Part shown: positions 45,808 to 55,552 of the stretch, in pieces | Layout of the letters: the number at the start of each line of letters is the position of its first letter | Position numbering within the stretch: the first letter of the stretch is position 1 | Assembly (NCBI GenBank): GCA_041690595.1 | Contig: JAWLHB010000034.1 | Coordinates: forward strand, 1-64,000 | Length of the DNA stretch: 64,000 nt | Origin: Lentisphaeria bacterium | GTDB taxonomy: Bacteria; Verrucomicrobiota; Lentisphaeria; JABSQK01; JAWLHB01 | Direction of reading: 5' to 3' | The notes under the pieces: model-generated | Seen by the model: the letters and a program-made list of their open reading frames with translations, nothing else | Database searches by the model: none | What the model was told of the DNA's origin: nothing | Program-made: the position numbers and the translations under genes

Positions 45808-46770
45808 TCAACTTCTGTGACGGCGGAGCAAGGTACCCACTCGATTGCGGATGGAAAGCGGGCAGTACAGGAACTGGGGCAGCCACCTGGCACATCGCCG
45901 CTGCATGAAGCTTTGATGGAAGGCGAGCCGTAACCGGTACATTTCGCGTCGATAGCGATAGTCGTTCTGCGAACCGCCCGCGAAGTGCACGATAGCCGGC
46001 GATATCTGCCGATCTTCCTTCCGGAAACTGCACGTCTTGTTGAGCACGTTGAGGCGCAGTCTGCCCGAAAGCCGAATCAGCGTTCGCATGGTGCGGCACT
46101 GATCGTCAATGCCGGTGAGTCCCTCCAGTGCCATGGCGATCGCAAACATGGGCTCGTCATCGGGTCCGCCATTCGCCATCGGGTAGAAACCCTTCGTCTG
46201 CCAGTCGATGGCCATCTCGCGCACCCGCTGGAAGATTCGTTGACTGGTGGCACTGCGGTCGAACGAGTAGAGGCCGCCATTGAAGCGAGGAATTTCGGTC
46301 AGCCCATAGCGTGACAGCACCTCCCGGGTGTTCATGTACCAGTCGACGCCATCGTCGATATGCAATCGTGCTTCTCCGAAGGCGCAAAAAGGCTGAGAAC
46401 TGCACAGATCCCAGAAGTCTTCGATAGGTCGGGTTACCAGCGAATCGCTGTCGATGTAGAGCGTGTGCTCGAATGGAGAATACTCGTCCAGGTGCAATTT
46501 CTGGATAAAGGGTTTTCCCAACTCCGGGCGGTATGGCACCAGAATATCGAACCAGCGCCTGAGTTCTGGATCGTTCGAGTCGGTAACCAGCGCGCGGCTG
46601 ATTCCGGGCGAATGCAACTCCAGTGAAGCTGCCAGTGCCTTCGCCATGTCGATGAAACGCGGCAGACCGAAGGCGGTGGTCAATACACCGCAGGCGCGTG
46701 TCGCGGTGCGGGGAATCGCCTGAGACAGAACTTCAGGCGAATAAGCGGTGATGGTAGTTGGCGTGAGCAA
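45808..46770 (-). CDS. Putative GT-A fold glycosyltransferase (GT8-like)
   Basis: KLHLDEYSPFEHTLYIDSD, FNGG, DE and IVHF. The start is uncertain; TTG at 46770 was chosen and the ORF extends to 46896. Confidence 0.65.
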   Translation of the reverse strand: MLTPTTITAYSPEVLSQAIPRTATRACGVLTTAFGLPRFIDMAKALAASLELHSPGISRALVTDSNDPELRRWFDILVPYRPELGKPFIQKLHLDEYSPFEHTLYIDSDSLVTRPIEDFWDLCSSQPFCAFGEARLHIDDGVDWYMNTREVLSRYGLTEIPRFNGGLYSFDRSATSQRIFQRVREMAIDWQTKGFYPMANGGPDDEPMFAIAMALEGLTGIDDQCRTMRTLIRLSGRLRLNVLNKTCSFRKEDRQISPAIVHFAGGSQNDYRYRREMYRLRLAFHQSFMQRRCARWLPQFLYCPLSIRNRVGTLLRRHRS

Positions 46771-46999
46771 TTTGTGTGTACCCCCATGGAACGGCTTGAA
46801 GGGTTGCAAGTGTATCCTGTCCGACACTGTTAGTGTAGAACAAGAACTCCTGGCAATGCAAAGCACCCCGTCAAGCTCCCCAGCACGGCTGCACATTCAG
46901 CCTCAAAATCAGCACTATTCAAAGATTGTGCGGGATCGCGAAAAATGTGCCGATATTCTGGCGGAGGATTCTGCGTGGTAATCGAGCGCGCGTCGCCGA

Positions 47000-48004
47000 T
47001 CAGGAAAAGCTGCCCGCGTAGTCGTCGATGGCGGCGCCGATCAGTGCCAGTTCCTCGTCGGCGAGGAGCAGCTCACCCGCCGCGGCATTTTCGATGGCCT
47101 GGGCGGGATTCCGTGCGCCGACCAGCGCGTGTGTGCAGCCGGGCTGATGCAGCGCCCAGGCGATTGCCAGTTGGGCCGGCGTGACGCCATGCGCGTCGGT
47201 GACCGAACGATAGGCGTCCAGCATCTGTTGAATCCGCCGGCGATTCTCCACGCTGAAGCGTTCCCGCTGCGCACGCAAATCGCCTTCCGCGAAGATCCGC
47301 TCCGGGCCGAGCTTGCCCGTCAGCAGCCCTTGGGCGATGGGCGAATAGGCGAGGAAGGCGATGGACTGCTTACGGCACCAGGGCAGTAGTTTTTGCTCCT
47401 GCCCGCGGTCAAGCATGCTGTACTTCTCCTGCACGGCATCCACCGCCCCCACGGATTCGTATTCCCGCAGTTGCTCCGGCTCGATGTTGCTCACGCCTAT
47501 GGCGCGAATCTTGCCTTCGTGTTTCAGCGCCAGCAACGCGGCCATGGTTTCTTCCCGCGGGGTCTGGCTCTCCTGCCAGTGGGTCTGGTACAGGTCGATC
47601 GTCTCCGTCTGGAGGCGCTTCAGGCTTTGCTCCACTTCCTGTCGGATGCTCTCTGGTGCCAGGTACTTGTAGACGGTATAACCGCCGCCCTGCCTGGGGT
47701 GCTCGTCATCGGAGTCGAAGTAGTAATCGCCGCCCTCGCGGTCCCAGACCAGTCCGCACTTGGTCGCCAGCACGACCTGCTCCCGGCGGCCTTTGATCGC
47801 TTTGCCGACCAGCTCCTCGGAGACGCCGAATCCATAGATGGGGGCAGTGTCGATCAGGGTGATGCCGGCGTCGAGTGCGGCTTGAATGGCACGGATGGAA
47901 TCTGCCTCATTGGTGCCGCCCCACATCCAACCGCCAATAGCCCAGGTTCCAAGCCCGACCACGGAAGCTTCAATACCGGATTTTCCAAGCGTACGAGTTC
48001 TCAT
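47000..48004 (-). CDS. Aldo/keto reductase (AKR11-like)
   Basis: GLGTWAIGG, DTAPIYG, ATK, DLYQTHW, IGVSN and YSPIAQGLL. Confidence 0.9.
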   Translation of the reverse strand: MRTRTLGKSGIEASVVGLGTWAIGGWMWGGTNEADSIRAIQAALDAGITLIDTAPIYGFGVSEELVGKAIKGRREQVVLATKCGLVWDREGGDYYFDSDDEHPRQGGGYTVYKYLAPESIRQEVEQSLKRLQTETIDLYQTHWQESQTPREETMAALLALKHEGKIRAIGVSNIEPEQLREYESVGAVDAVQEKYSMLDRGQEQKLLPWCRKQSIAFLAYSPIAQGLLTGKLGPERIFAEGDLRAQRERFSVENRRRIQQMLDAYRSVTDAHGVTPAQLAIAWALHQPGCTHALVGARNPAQAIENAAAGELLLADEELALIGAAIDDYAGSFS

Positions 48005-48023
48005 CCGCGTCACTCCTTTTCGT

Positions 48024-48746
48024 TCAGGTTCCGGGGCGATTGCCGTAGATTTCAATGTGGGCACGGGGGGTATACCGCCAGCCGCGCCGCAGGCAGATGG
48101 CGATGCACAGTTTCCCGTGTTCGGCCAGTTGCGCGGCATCGATTCCCTGCGGCATCAGGTAGATACGCTGCGGTGGGACCTCGGGTTTGAGCGTCGCGAG
48201 CAGCTGATCGATCTCCGCTTCGTCTTCAGCTTCATTGATGACGAATTTGAACTGGTAGTCGTAGTTCTCCACCCAGTAGGTCAGCGCTTCCGGCACAATG
48301 CGCAGCTTCTCGTGGCTGGCTGCCAGGCGTGGGTCATCCGGGACGGAACTTGCCAGCTTCGGGGAGATCGAGATGAAGTCAGCCTCAAGGGGATTCGCCA
48401 TGGTCCCGTTGGTTTCGATAGTCTGGTAGTAGCCTTCTTCATGCAGGCGCCGCACCAGCTCATGAAGGTGGGGCTGCAACATTGGCTCTCCACCGGTAAT
48501 GACCACATGCCGCACGGCCGGATGCTTGTCGGCCAGGGCGACAACCCGCGCACAGACATCTTCGACCGTCATCAGGCTACCGCGTGCCTCCCAGGAGGTG
48601 TACGGCGTATCGCAGCGCGTACCGTTCCATTGGCAACGAAGATTGCAGCCCGAGGTGCGGACGAAGATGCTGGGGGTACCCAGGTAGCGACCTTCGCCCT
48701 GGATCGAGGCAAAGATCTCGCTGAGATTGAGCTTGAGGGGAGTCAT
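48024..48746 (-). CDS. queE: 7-carboxy-7-deazaguanine synthase (radical SAM)
   Basis: EIFASIQGEG, CNLRC...CDT, TGGEP, ETNG, SPK, KFV and PRAH. Confidence 0.9.
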   Translation of the reverse strand: MTPLKLNLSEIFASIQGEGRYLGTPSIFVRTSGCNLRCQWNGTRCDTPYTSWEARGSLMTVEDVCARVVALADKHPAVRHVVITGGEPMLQPHLHELVRRLHEEGYYQTIETNGTMANPLEADFISISPKLASSVPDDPRLAASHEKLRIVPEALTYWVENYDYQFKFVINEAEDEAEIDQLLATLKPEVPPQRIYLMPQGIDAAQLAEHGKLCIAICLRRGWRYTPRAHIEIYGNRPGT

Positions 48747-48984
48747 GAAGCAAGTGCCGCGGGTGAGGGGTACGTGAAAATAGCTGGGAAAAGCTGCCCG
48801 ACATTTCCCAAATGTCAATGGTGCCAGAGCGTCATGCGCCGCTTCCTTCTTCCCGTCAACGGAAATGCAGCCATTTCGCGGCGTGAGTGGAAGGTGAATC
48901 TGGCGCAACAAAAGTTGACGTCGGGCCGGGCCGTTCAGTTCAAAGTATGCTTTCGTTGGCGTCGTTCCGCGAGGGTGTTGCGTC

Positions 48985-49031
48985 AAAAAAAGTTTACGAC
49001 ACCATTGTAATTGATGTAAAAGTCATATAAT
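48985..49031 (+). promoter_or_regulatory. Candidate promoter for the sigma gene: A-tract plus perfect -10
   Basis: AAAAAAAGTTT (48985-48995), TTGTAA (49005-49010, 15-bp spacer), TATAAT (49026-49031); a second TATAAT lies at 49087-49092. Confidence 0.45.
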
Positions 49032-49257
49032 GTTGCTCGTCATACGGGCACTATAGGACGATGCGAAGTACCCACGATTTATTCCCTATAATCCGACTCA
49101 TGCTGCTGTCCCCGCCGTGGGCAGAGGAGGACCTTTACTACCGCATCCAATCTAAGAGCCGCGCTTCACACTTGCGTGATTTCCTTATTCGCGATATTCA
49201 CGAAGGCCTCTCCGATTCTGGAATTGGAGAGGCAAAAAGGAGGCCCTGTACAGCGTA

Positions 49258-50457
49258 ATGTACACGAAGAACGATCCCATGAAGGCTTATATGCAGGATA
49301 TAGGCGAAATCCCTCTTATCTCCAAACAGGAAGAGGTCGAACTTGCGGCTCGTATCAAGAGAGGGGATCAGTCAGCGCGTGAAAAGCTGATCAAGGCCAA
49401 CCTCCGCCTGGTGGTGAAGATTGCGCATGATTTCAAAGGTTTCGGGCTGCCGCTGCTCGATCTGATCTCTGAAGGGAATATCGGCCTGATGCGGGCGGCA
49501 GAGAAATTCGACCCTGCCAAGGGGGCAAAGTTCAGCAGCTACTCGGCTTGGTGGATCAAGCAGTCGATGCGCCGCGCGCTCTCGCAGAAGAGCCGTACCA
49601 TACGCGTGCCGGTAGCCTCCGCCGGTAAGATCAACAAGATCAAGACGGCGAAGATGCAATTGACAGAGAAGTTCGGCCGCTCCCCCACTGACGGGGAGAT
49701 TGCCGAACACCTCGACCTGACCAAGCGCACGGTTCAGGGGCTGAAGCTCGCGGATTTCAAAACATTTTCGCTTCACGATCCCATTCAGAAGGGCGAAGAA
49801 GGTAGCTTCGAAGACATCATTCCGGATACGAATGCCTGTACCCCGGACATGATCATCGAGGGCAGCGAGAGCATCAACCGCCTCCGCGGCCTGATCAACA
49901 ATCTGGATGAGCGCGAGCAGACCATCCTGGTCATGCGCTATGGCTTGGACGGTAACCGACCCAAAACCCTCGAAGAAGTGAGCAAGACTATCGGCCGCAC
50001 GCGGGAACGTGTCCGCCAGATCCAGATGCAGTCGCTGAAGAAGCTGCGCATGCTGATCGAGGACAACAATCTGGACAATGAGGGCAATCCCGTAGCCAGC
50101 CTTCTTGGACGTCGGCACCGCGGGCGCGATGGCGAGGAAGGCGAATTGGCGGCCACCTTTGCCATTCTCACTCATGCAGCCGGTGATGCGATGGGAGCGG
50201 CCAGCGGCTATGCGGACTCTCGCATGTCTCCCCTTTCCATTGAAGATCTGGCCGACTGTGAGGTTGGCCTGGCAGCACTCAGCATGTCGACCCGCAGCCT
50301 GAACAGCTTGCGCAGTGCCGGGATCAATACGGTGGGCGAGCTGGTCTGCAAGAAGCCGCAGGAGCTGCTGTCGATTCGTTACTTCGGAGAGAAGTGCATG
50401 ATCGAGGTGTTGGAGTCGCTCGCCAAATATCATGAGAGCACCTTTCAGCATCGGTGA
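49258..50457 (+). CDS. RpoD/SigA-family sigma-70 factor (regions 1.2-4) fused to a C-terminal RNA polymerase alpha-CTD domain
   Basis: YMQDIGEIPL (1.2), NLRLVV, DLISEGNIGL, KFSSYSAWWIKQ (2), TLEEVS...TRERVRQI (4.2); C-terminal LSMSTRSLNSLRSAGINTVGELVCKKPQELLSIRYFGEKCMIEV. Confidence 0.9.
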   Translation: MYTKNDPMKAYMQDIGEIPLISKQEEVELAARIKRGDQSAREKLIKANLRLVVKIAHDFKGFGLPLLDLISEGNIGLMRAAEKFDPAKGAKFSSYSAWWIKQSMRRALSQKSRTIRVPVASAGKINKIKTAKMQLTEKFGRSPTDGEIAEHLDLTKRTVQGLKLADFKTFSLHDPIQKGEEGSFEDIIPDTNACTPDMIIEGSESINRLRGLINNLDEREQTILVMRYGLDGNRPKTLEEVSKTIGRTRERVRQIQMQSLKKLRMLIEDNNLDNEGNPVASLLGRRHRGRDGEEGELAATFAILTHAAGDAMGAASGYADSRMSPLSIEDLADCEVGLAALSMSTRSLNSLRSAGINTVGELVCKKPQELLSIRYFGEKCMIEVLESLAKYHESTFQHR

Positions 50458-50484
50458 GGAGTACCGAACGAGCTGCCATGCCTG

Positions 50485-50510
50485 AACACGGCTGATGCAG
50501 TCGTGTTTTT
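50485..50510 (+). terminator. Intrinsic terminator after the sigma gene
   Basis: AACACGGCTG-ATG-CAGTCGTGTT followed by TTT. Confidence 0.7.
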
Positions 50511-50596
50511 ATGGCGTTAGGGTTTGTCTCTCGGGTAGTTGACCCTTACATTGCTCACATGCATTTTCCGGCTAAACTAGAAAAGGGGAAGACTAT

Positions 50597-51364
50597 ATGA
50601 CTCGGAGCCTGGTCAAGCACAAGCTTGTCATGGCAGGTATGGCGATCACGGTTTTTTCCGCGATCGCTCAGGACGAGAGTGCGCCAATCCTGACCAACCA
50701 GCTGTTGGACGCAGGTGGGATCATACTCAAGATCCTCATTGCGCTCTCGATACTCGCTGTCTGCATGACCGTCTACTTTCTGCTCACGATTCGTCGTGGC
50801 GTCCTGATGCCGGAGTCCTTCCAACGGGAGGCGGAGGATATTGCCGGCCGGGGCGATGTGGAGGCGCTCCATACGATCTGCAATGAAAGCACCGCTGCGG
50901 GTGCCAGGATCATCGGTGCGGCGGCACGCATTCTTCATGAGAATCCACATGTGGACTACATGGCCGTGCGTGACGTTGTCGAGGGCGAAGGTTCACGCCA
51001 GTCCGGCACGCTCTGGCAGCGCATCCAGTATCTGCAGGACATCGCCATCGTTTCGCCGATGCTGGGGCTGCTGGGAACCGTGGTGGGTATGCTTCGGGCG
51101 TTTCTGGACATGCAGAAGGCAACGGGCATTGGTGGTATTCGCCCGGTAGAGCTGGCAAGTGGCGTGTCGCAGGCTCTGGTGACGACCGCGGGCGGCCTCA
51201 TTGTCGGCATCATGGCCATGATCGTCTACGCCTTCTTCCGCGGGCGTGTCAATCGCGTGGTTACGCAGTTGGAAGAGAACTGCAGTTTCATTCTGCAGCG
51301 TTTCATGTTCAAGTCGCGCGGTGAACGGCTTCCTGAGGGACGCCCTCTGAACCCGAGCCGTTGA
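50597..51364 (+). CDS. MotA/TolQ/ExbB proton channel protein
   Basis: SPMLGLLGTVVGM and ALVTTAGGL. Confidence 0.92.
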   Translation: MTRSLVKHKLVMAGMAITVFSAIAQDESAPILTNQLLDAGGIILKILIALSILAVCMTVYFLLTIRRGVLMPESFQREAEDIAGRGDVEALHTICNESTAAGARIIGAAARILHENPHVDYMAVRDVVEGEGSRQSGTLWQRIQYLQDIAIVSPMLGLLGTVVGMLRAFLDMQKATGIGGIRPVELASGVSQALVTTAGGLIVGIMAMIVYAFFRGRVNRVVTQLEENCSFILQRFMFKSRGERLPEGRPLNPSR

Positions 51365-51377
51365 GGTAGACTGAACC

Positions 51378-51818
51378 ATGAATTTCCGCAAGGCACTCGA
51401 AGGTCAGAACGCCGGCTTCCAGATGGCGCCGATGATCGACATCATGTTTCTGTTGCTCGTCTTTTTCATGGTTGCCTCCATTGAAGCGCAGTTGGAAACG
51501 AAGCTGCCGATTACCGTACCCACCGCGGAGACCGGTGAGGACACGCCGCGGATGCCGTCGGAATTGATCATCAACATCGATCAGGAAGGGCGCATCTTCC
51601 TGAACAACTCCATACAAACGCCGGAACAACTCCAGCAGGTGTTGCAGCGGCTCTCCAGCATGCTGCAGGGAAGCCCCGTCATCATTCGAGCCGATGCGAA
51701 GACGGATTACGAGGATGTGATCGAGGTGCTTGATATCTGCCGCCGAGTGGATATCTGGAACGTGCGCTTTGCCACTATTCCGCCTGAAGCGGCCGAAGAA
51801 CCGCCCGCTCCCCGCTGA
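51378..51818 (+). CDS. ExbD/TolR family protein
   Basis: PMIDIMFLLLVFFMV and IRAD. Confidence 0.92.
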   Translation: MNFRKALEGQNAGFQMAPMIDIMFLLLVFFMVASIEAQLETKLPITVPTAETGEDTPRMPSELIINIDQEGRIFLNNSIQTPEQLQQVLQRLSSMLQGSPVIIRADAKTDYEDVIEVLDICRRVDIWNVRFATIPPEAAEEPPAPR

Positions 51819-51859
51819 GCCAAACACCTCGATTGTCGATCTGGTGGACTAGCTGATAC

Positions 51860-54325
51860 ATGAAGATAGAGCGGAAAACACGAATGTGCGTGCTCGGGTT
51901 CGTCATGCTGGTGACGGCTTTGATGGGCTATGCTCAGGAAGCGGCTCCCGGCGCCACGCCCGCCCCTGCCGCCACTCCCGTCCCCGGCGCGGCAGACGAG
52001 GGCGCGCTGACTCCGGCTGAACGGCAGGCGCGTCTGGCGGACGGCCTTTTCCGGCGTCGGCAGTATCGCATGGCAGCCTCTGAGTACGAAGTGCTGACCC
52101 AGCGGTTCCCAGAGTACGAGCGTACTCCAGAAGCGTATCTCCTGTGGGCGCAGTCCTACCGTCGACTCGATCAGGACGATAAGGCATTGGATATTTATCT
52201 GCAGTTGCTCAGCAGGCATCCACAGCATCAGGCTGCCGATCAGGCGCTGGTGAATGCCGCCGAGATTCTGCTGCGCCAGGAGGCGTTTGCACGTGCCAGG
52301 GAGTTGCTGGAGAAGGCCAGCCTGGAGGGGAAGAGCCCGGGCACCCAGGAGGCCATACATTTTTATCTGGGGCAGGTCTACAACCAACTGGGTGAAACCG
52401 AGAAGGCGCTGGCGCAATTCGCCGCGCTCAAACGCGATGACTTTTCCGCGGAGTTCCCCTACCGACCCTACGCTCAGATGTCGAGCGCGCTCATTCACCG
52501 TGCTCGTCGTGAGGTACCTCAGGCTACAGCCTTGCTCAAGGGCTTGGCCGCGGCGGCCAACGCACCGGCCGATCTGCGGCAGGAAGCGCTCTACTACCTG
52601 GGTGAGCTGAACTTCAGCAACGATGAATTCAAGGCTGCCGTCGATTACTACCGGGAGCTGTTGGGCAGCTACCCCGCCAGTGCCTATGCGTCGAGAGCCA
52701 GGATAAATCTTGGCTGGTCGCTGCTGCAGTTGGAGGAATATCGCGAGATCATTCGGCTTTTCGAAGCGGAGGGTGCGAGCGCGGCGTCTGCTACAGGTGA
52801 AGAGCTTTACCTGCTGGCGTCCGCCTCGAAGGAACTCAATCAGTATGAGGCGGCTCTGGAGACGCTTCGGCAGCTGGTGCGCGACTATCCGGGGAGCGAA
52901 TTCAGCGCTCACGCGTCGGCGGGGATGGTGGAATGCCTCTACCACCTGAAGCGTTACCAGGAATGTGTGGAGGAAGCCGAGAAGCTGCTGGCGGGAGAAT
53001 CGGAGCACCGTCGCGGGCGGGAGATCATGCAGTTTCTCGGGTTGAGCTATCAGGCGCTCGAGCAGTGGGCGAAAGTTGCCGAAGTCTACGAGGAGCTACT
53101 GCAGCGTCATTGGGAAGAGCTGACGGAACGGGAAGACCTTCTGCACATTCTGGCCAATGCCTATGAACGGACGGGCGATCCGGCCAAAGCGGCGGTGACG
53201 TACCGCCGCATTCTCGACTTGAAAGAGGCTGGACAGCCGGTGGAAGCGCTGCTGCTGGCAGCGGAAAACGAGATGAAGGCGAAGCAGTACGAGGAAGCGT
53301 TCAACGACTATCAGCGGATCGTGGCGGGCTATCCAGAGCACCAGCAGGTGCCGCTGGCTCTGATCGGCATGGCCGAGGTGAAGATGCGGATGGGAAGCCA
53401 TGCGGAGGCGGTGGAGGTTCTCAACCGCCTGCTGACGGAGTATCCGGATCACCCCTTTCGCAGCAACGCCCTTTACCTGCGCGGCTCGCTTTACTTTCAG
53501 TTGAACCGTACGAAGGAAGCGATCGCTGATCTGGCGCGGAGCCTTCAGGAGCCCAATTTCGCGGAGCGCGATTACGCGCGTCTGGTACTGGGGTACGCGC
53601 TCTGGGAGGAAGGCAAGGAGGATGAAGCCCTGCAGCTTTTCGCCGAGATGCTGGAGCAGGCCGCCATGGCGGAGAATTTTACTCCGGTCATGTTGCGCGA
53701 GATCGGTCGTAAGTACTTGGAGAAGAACAACATCAAGGCCGCCGAGCAGGCTTTTCAGTTACTGGCGCGCCATCCCGAGCCGGAGCACCAGATGGCCGGC
53801 CTGATCGGCCAGGGCAAGACGGCGTTCCAGAAAGGTGATTTCGAGAAAGCCAACGAGCTTTTCCAGAGAGTGAAGAAGCAGGCCGGCTTCAAGTCGACGG
53901 AACACGTGATCGCGCTGGCCTATCTTGGCGAGACGTATCGGCAACTGGGCATGCTTAATCGCGCCGAAATCGAGTTTCAGGAAGGGCTCAAGCTGGGGAC
54001 CACGGATGTCAACGCCAATGCCTTGCTTTACACCGGGCTGGCAAAGCTGAACTATGCGCATGGCAACCTGAATGACGCTCTGCGCTATGCCACCTTCGCC
54101 TTCGTCGTCTTCAATGATCCTCAGCATACGCCCGAGGCGATGCTGCTGGCGACCCGGATCTCCGCCGATCAGGATGATGTCCAGGAGGCGCTGCTCACCT
54201 ACCGTGAATTGGCGGAGCGCTTCCCGATAGCGCTGGGGAAGTTCAAGCAGGATGATGCCAACAAGGCCCTGTTCGAGAAGCTGGAGGCAGCGGACAGGAA
54301 CTTGCGGCAGGAGAAGAAACCTTAA
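51860..54325 (+). CDS. Secreted tetratricopeptide-repeat protein (BamD/CpoB-like repeats)
   Basis: Signal peptide; many TPR units with YP/HP/FP turns. Confidence 0.85.
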   Translation: MKIERKTRMCVLGFVMLVTALMGYAQEAAPGATPAPAATPVPGAADEGALTPAERQARLADGLFRRRQYRMAASEYEVLTQRFPEYERTPEAYLLWAQSYRRLDQDDKALDIYLQLLSRHPQHQAADQALVNAAEILLRQEAFARARELLEKASLEGKSPGTQEAIHFYLGQVYNQLGETEKALAQFAALKRDDFSAEFPYRPYAQMSSALIHRARREVPQATALLKGLAAAANAPADLRQEALYYLGELNFSNDEFKAAVDYYRELLGSYPASAYASRARINLGWSLLQLEEYREIIRLFEAEGASAASATGEELYLLASASKELNQYEAALETLRQLVRDYPGSEFSAHASAGMVECLYHLKRYQECVEEAEKLLAGESEHRRGREIMQFLGLSYQALEQWAKVAEVYEELLQRHWEELTEREDLLHILANAYERTGDPAKAAVTYRRILDLKEAGQPVEALLLAAENEMKAKQYEEAFNDYQRIVAGYPEHQQVPLALIGMAEVKMRMGSHAEAVEVLNRLLTEYPDHPFRSNALYLRGSLYFQLNRTKEAIADLARSLQEPNFAERDYARLVLGYALWEEGKEDEALQLFAEMLEQAAMAENFTPVMLREIGRKYLEKNNIKAAEQAFQLLARHPEPEHQMAGLIGQGKTAFQKGDFEKANELFQRVKKQAGFKSTEHVIALAYLGETYRQLGMLNRAEIEFQEGLKLGTTDVNANALLYTGLAKLNYAHGNLNDALRYATFAFVVFNDPQHTPEAMLLATRISADQDDVQEALLTYRELAERFPIALGKFKQDDANKALFEKLEAADRNLRQEKKP

Positions 54326-54352
54326 CGTTTGCAAAGGTTGGGGGGAGGGGCG

Positions 54353-55474
54353 GTGAAGGAGATCGTACCGATTCGTGACAAGTGGCCGGGGAGCATGAGC
54401 GACAGAGAGCGCTTCAACCGGCAGATGCACTATCAGCCCATCGATCGCTGCTTCAACATGGAGTTCGGCTACTGGCAGGAGAACTTCACCCAGTGGAAGC
54501 TCTTCCGCGACAACGGCATCGAGAACAACGCTGACGCTGACCGCTTCTTCAGCTTCGACCGCCTCGGCGGGGTGGGGGGGCAGGTCTGGATGTTGCCGGC
54601 GTTTTCCGAGGAAGTGGTGGAGGAGACGGGCAGGCACAAGATCATCCGCAATCGCGATGGGCTGCTGGCTGAGGTGCCGAAAGACGGCCATGATACGATT
54701 CCTCACTATCTGAAGTCGTCCATCACCTGCCCCCGCGAATGGCAGGAGGTGAAGGCGGAACGTTTCGACCCCCAGCATCCCGGGCGCATCGTGGATGTGG
54801 AGGCGCTGAAGAAGCTTTATCCGGATGATCGCGACTTTGCCGTCGGCGTCAACTGCGGCTCGATGATCGGGCGAATTCGTGATGCCCTCACCTTCGAAGG
54901 GCTCTGCTATGCCTGTTACGACTATCCCGATATGGTGGAGGATATGGTGGAAAGCGCGTGTGTGCTGGTCGAGCATTTTCTCGATCAGGTGCTCGGGCAT
55001 ATCCAGTTCGACTTCGCCTCCGGGTGGGAAGATATCTGCTTCAAGAACGGACCGATCGTCACGGTCGATTTCTTCCGGAGCGTGGTGATGCCGCGGTACA
55101 AACGCATATCGCGGCGTCTGCATGCGCATGGGATCGATTTGTGGTTTACGGATTGCGACGGGGACGTGCGGCCGCTCCTGCCGTACTTCCTGGAAGGGGG
55201 CATCAACTGCATGTTCCCCTTTGAGGTGAATGGCTGCGCGCACCCGGGTGAGATTCTGGACGAGTGGGGGCCCGAGCTTCGCATCATGGGGGGCGTGGAC
55301 AAGATCCAGCTCGGCAAAGGCCGTGATGCGATAAAGGCGTACTTGGAAAGCTTGGCCCCGTATGTGGCAAAGGGTGGTTTCATTCCCTTCTGCGACCATC
55401 GTTGCCCGCCCAATGTGGACGAGGACGATTATCTCTACTATCTCGACCTCAAGCGGAGCATGTTCGGGCTCTGA
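54353..55474 (+). CDS. Uroporphyrinogen decarboxylase-family (MtaA/CmuA-like) protein
   Basis: WEDICFKNGP, TDCDGD, GGVDK and GGFIPFCDH; GTG start after a GGAGGG RBS. Confidence 0.8.
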   Translation: MKEIVPIRDKWPGSMSDRERFNRQMHYQPIDRCFNMEFGYWQENFTQWKLFRDNGIENNADADRFFSFDRLGGVGGQVWMLPAFSEEVVEETGRHKIIRNRDGLLAEVPKDGHDTIPHYLKSSITCPREWQEVKAERFDPQHPGRIVDVEALKKLYPDDRDFAVGVNCGSMIGRIRDALTFEGLCYACYDYPDMVEDMVESACVLVEHFLDQVLGHIQFDFASGWEDICFKNGPIVTVDFFRSVVMPRYKRISRRLHAHGIDLWFTDCDGDVRPLLPYFLEGGINCMFPFEVNGCAHPGEILDEWGPELRIMGGVDKIQLGKGRDAIKAYLESLAPYVAKGGFIPFCDHRCPPNVDEDDYLYYLDLKRSMFGL

Positions 55475-55552
55475 GCATCGCGATCGGGAAGGGGGCGGCT
55501 GCCCCAGGATTCTGGAGCGCAAAGTGGCCTGCAGATGGCTTGGCTGCGCCTG

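Noticed and set aside
48024..48990. queE as part of a 7-deazaguanine DNA-modification island, or a preQ1 riboswitch
   Set aside because: No dpdA, queC, queD or folE nearby and no preQ1 motif upstream; it is most likely ordinary queuosine synthesis.
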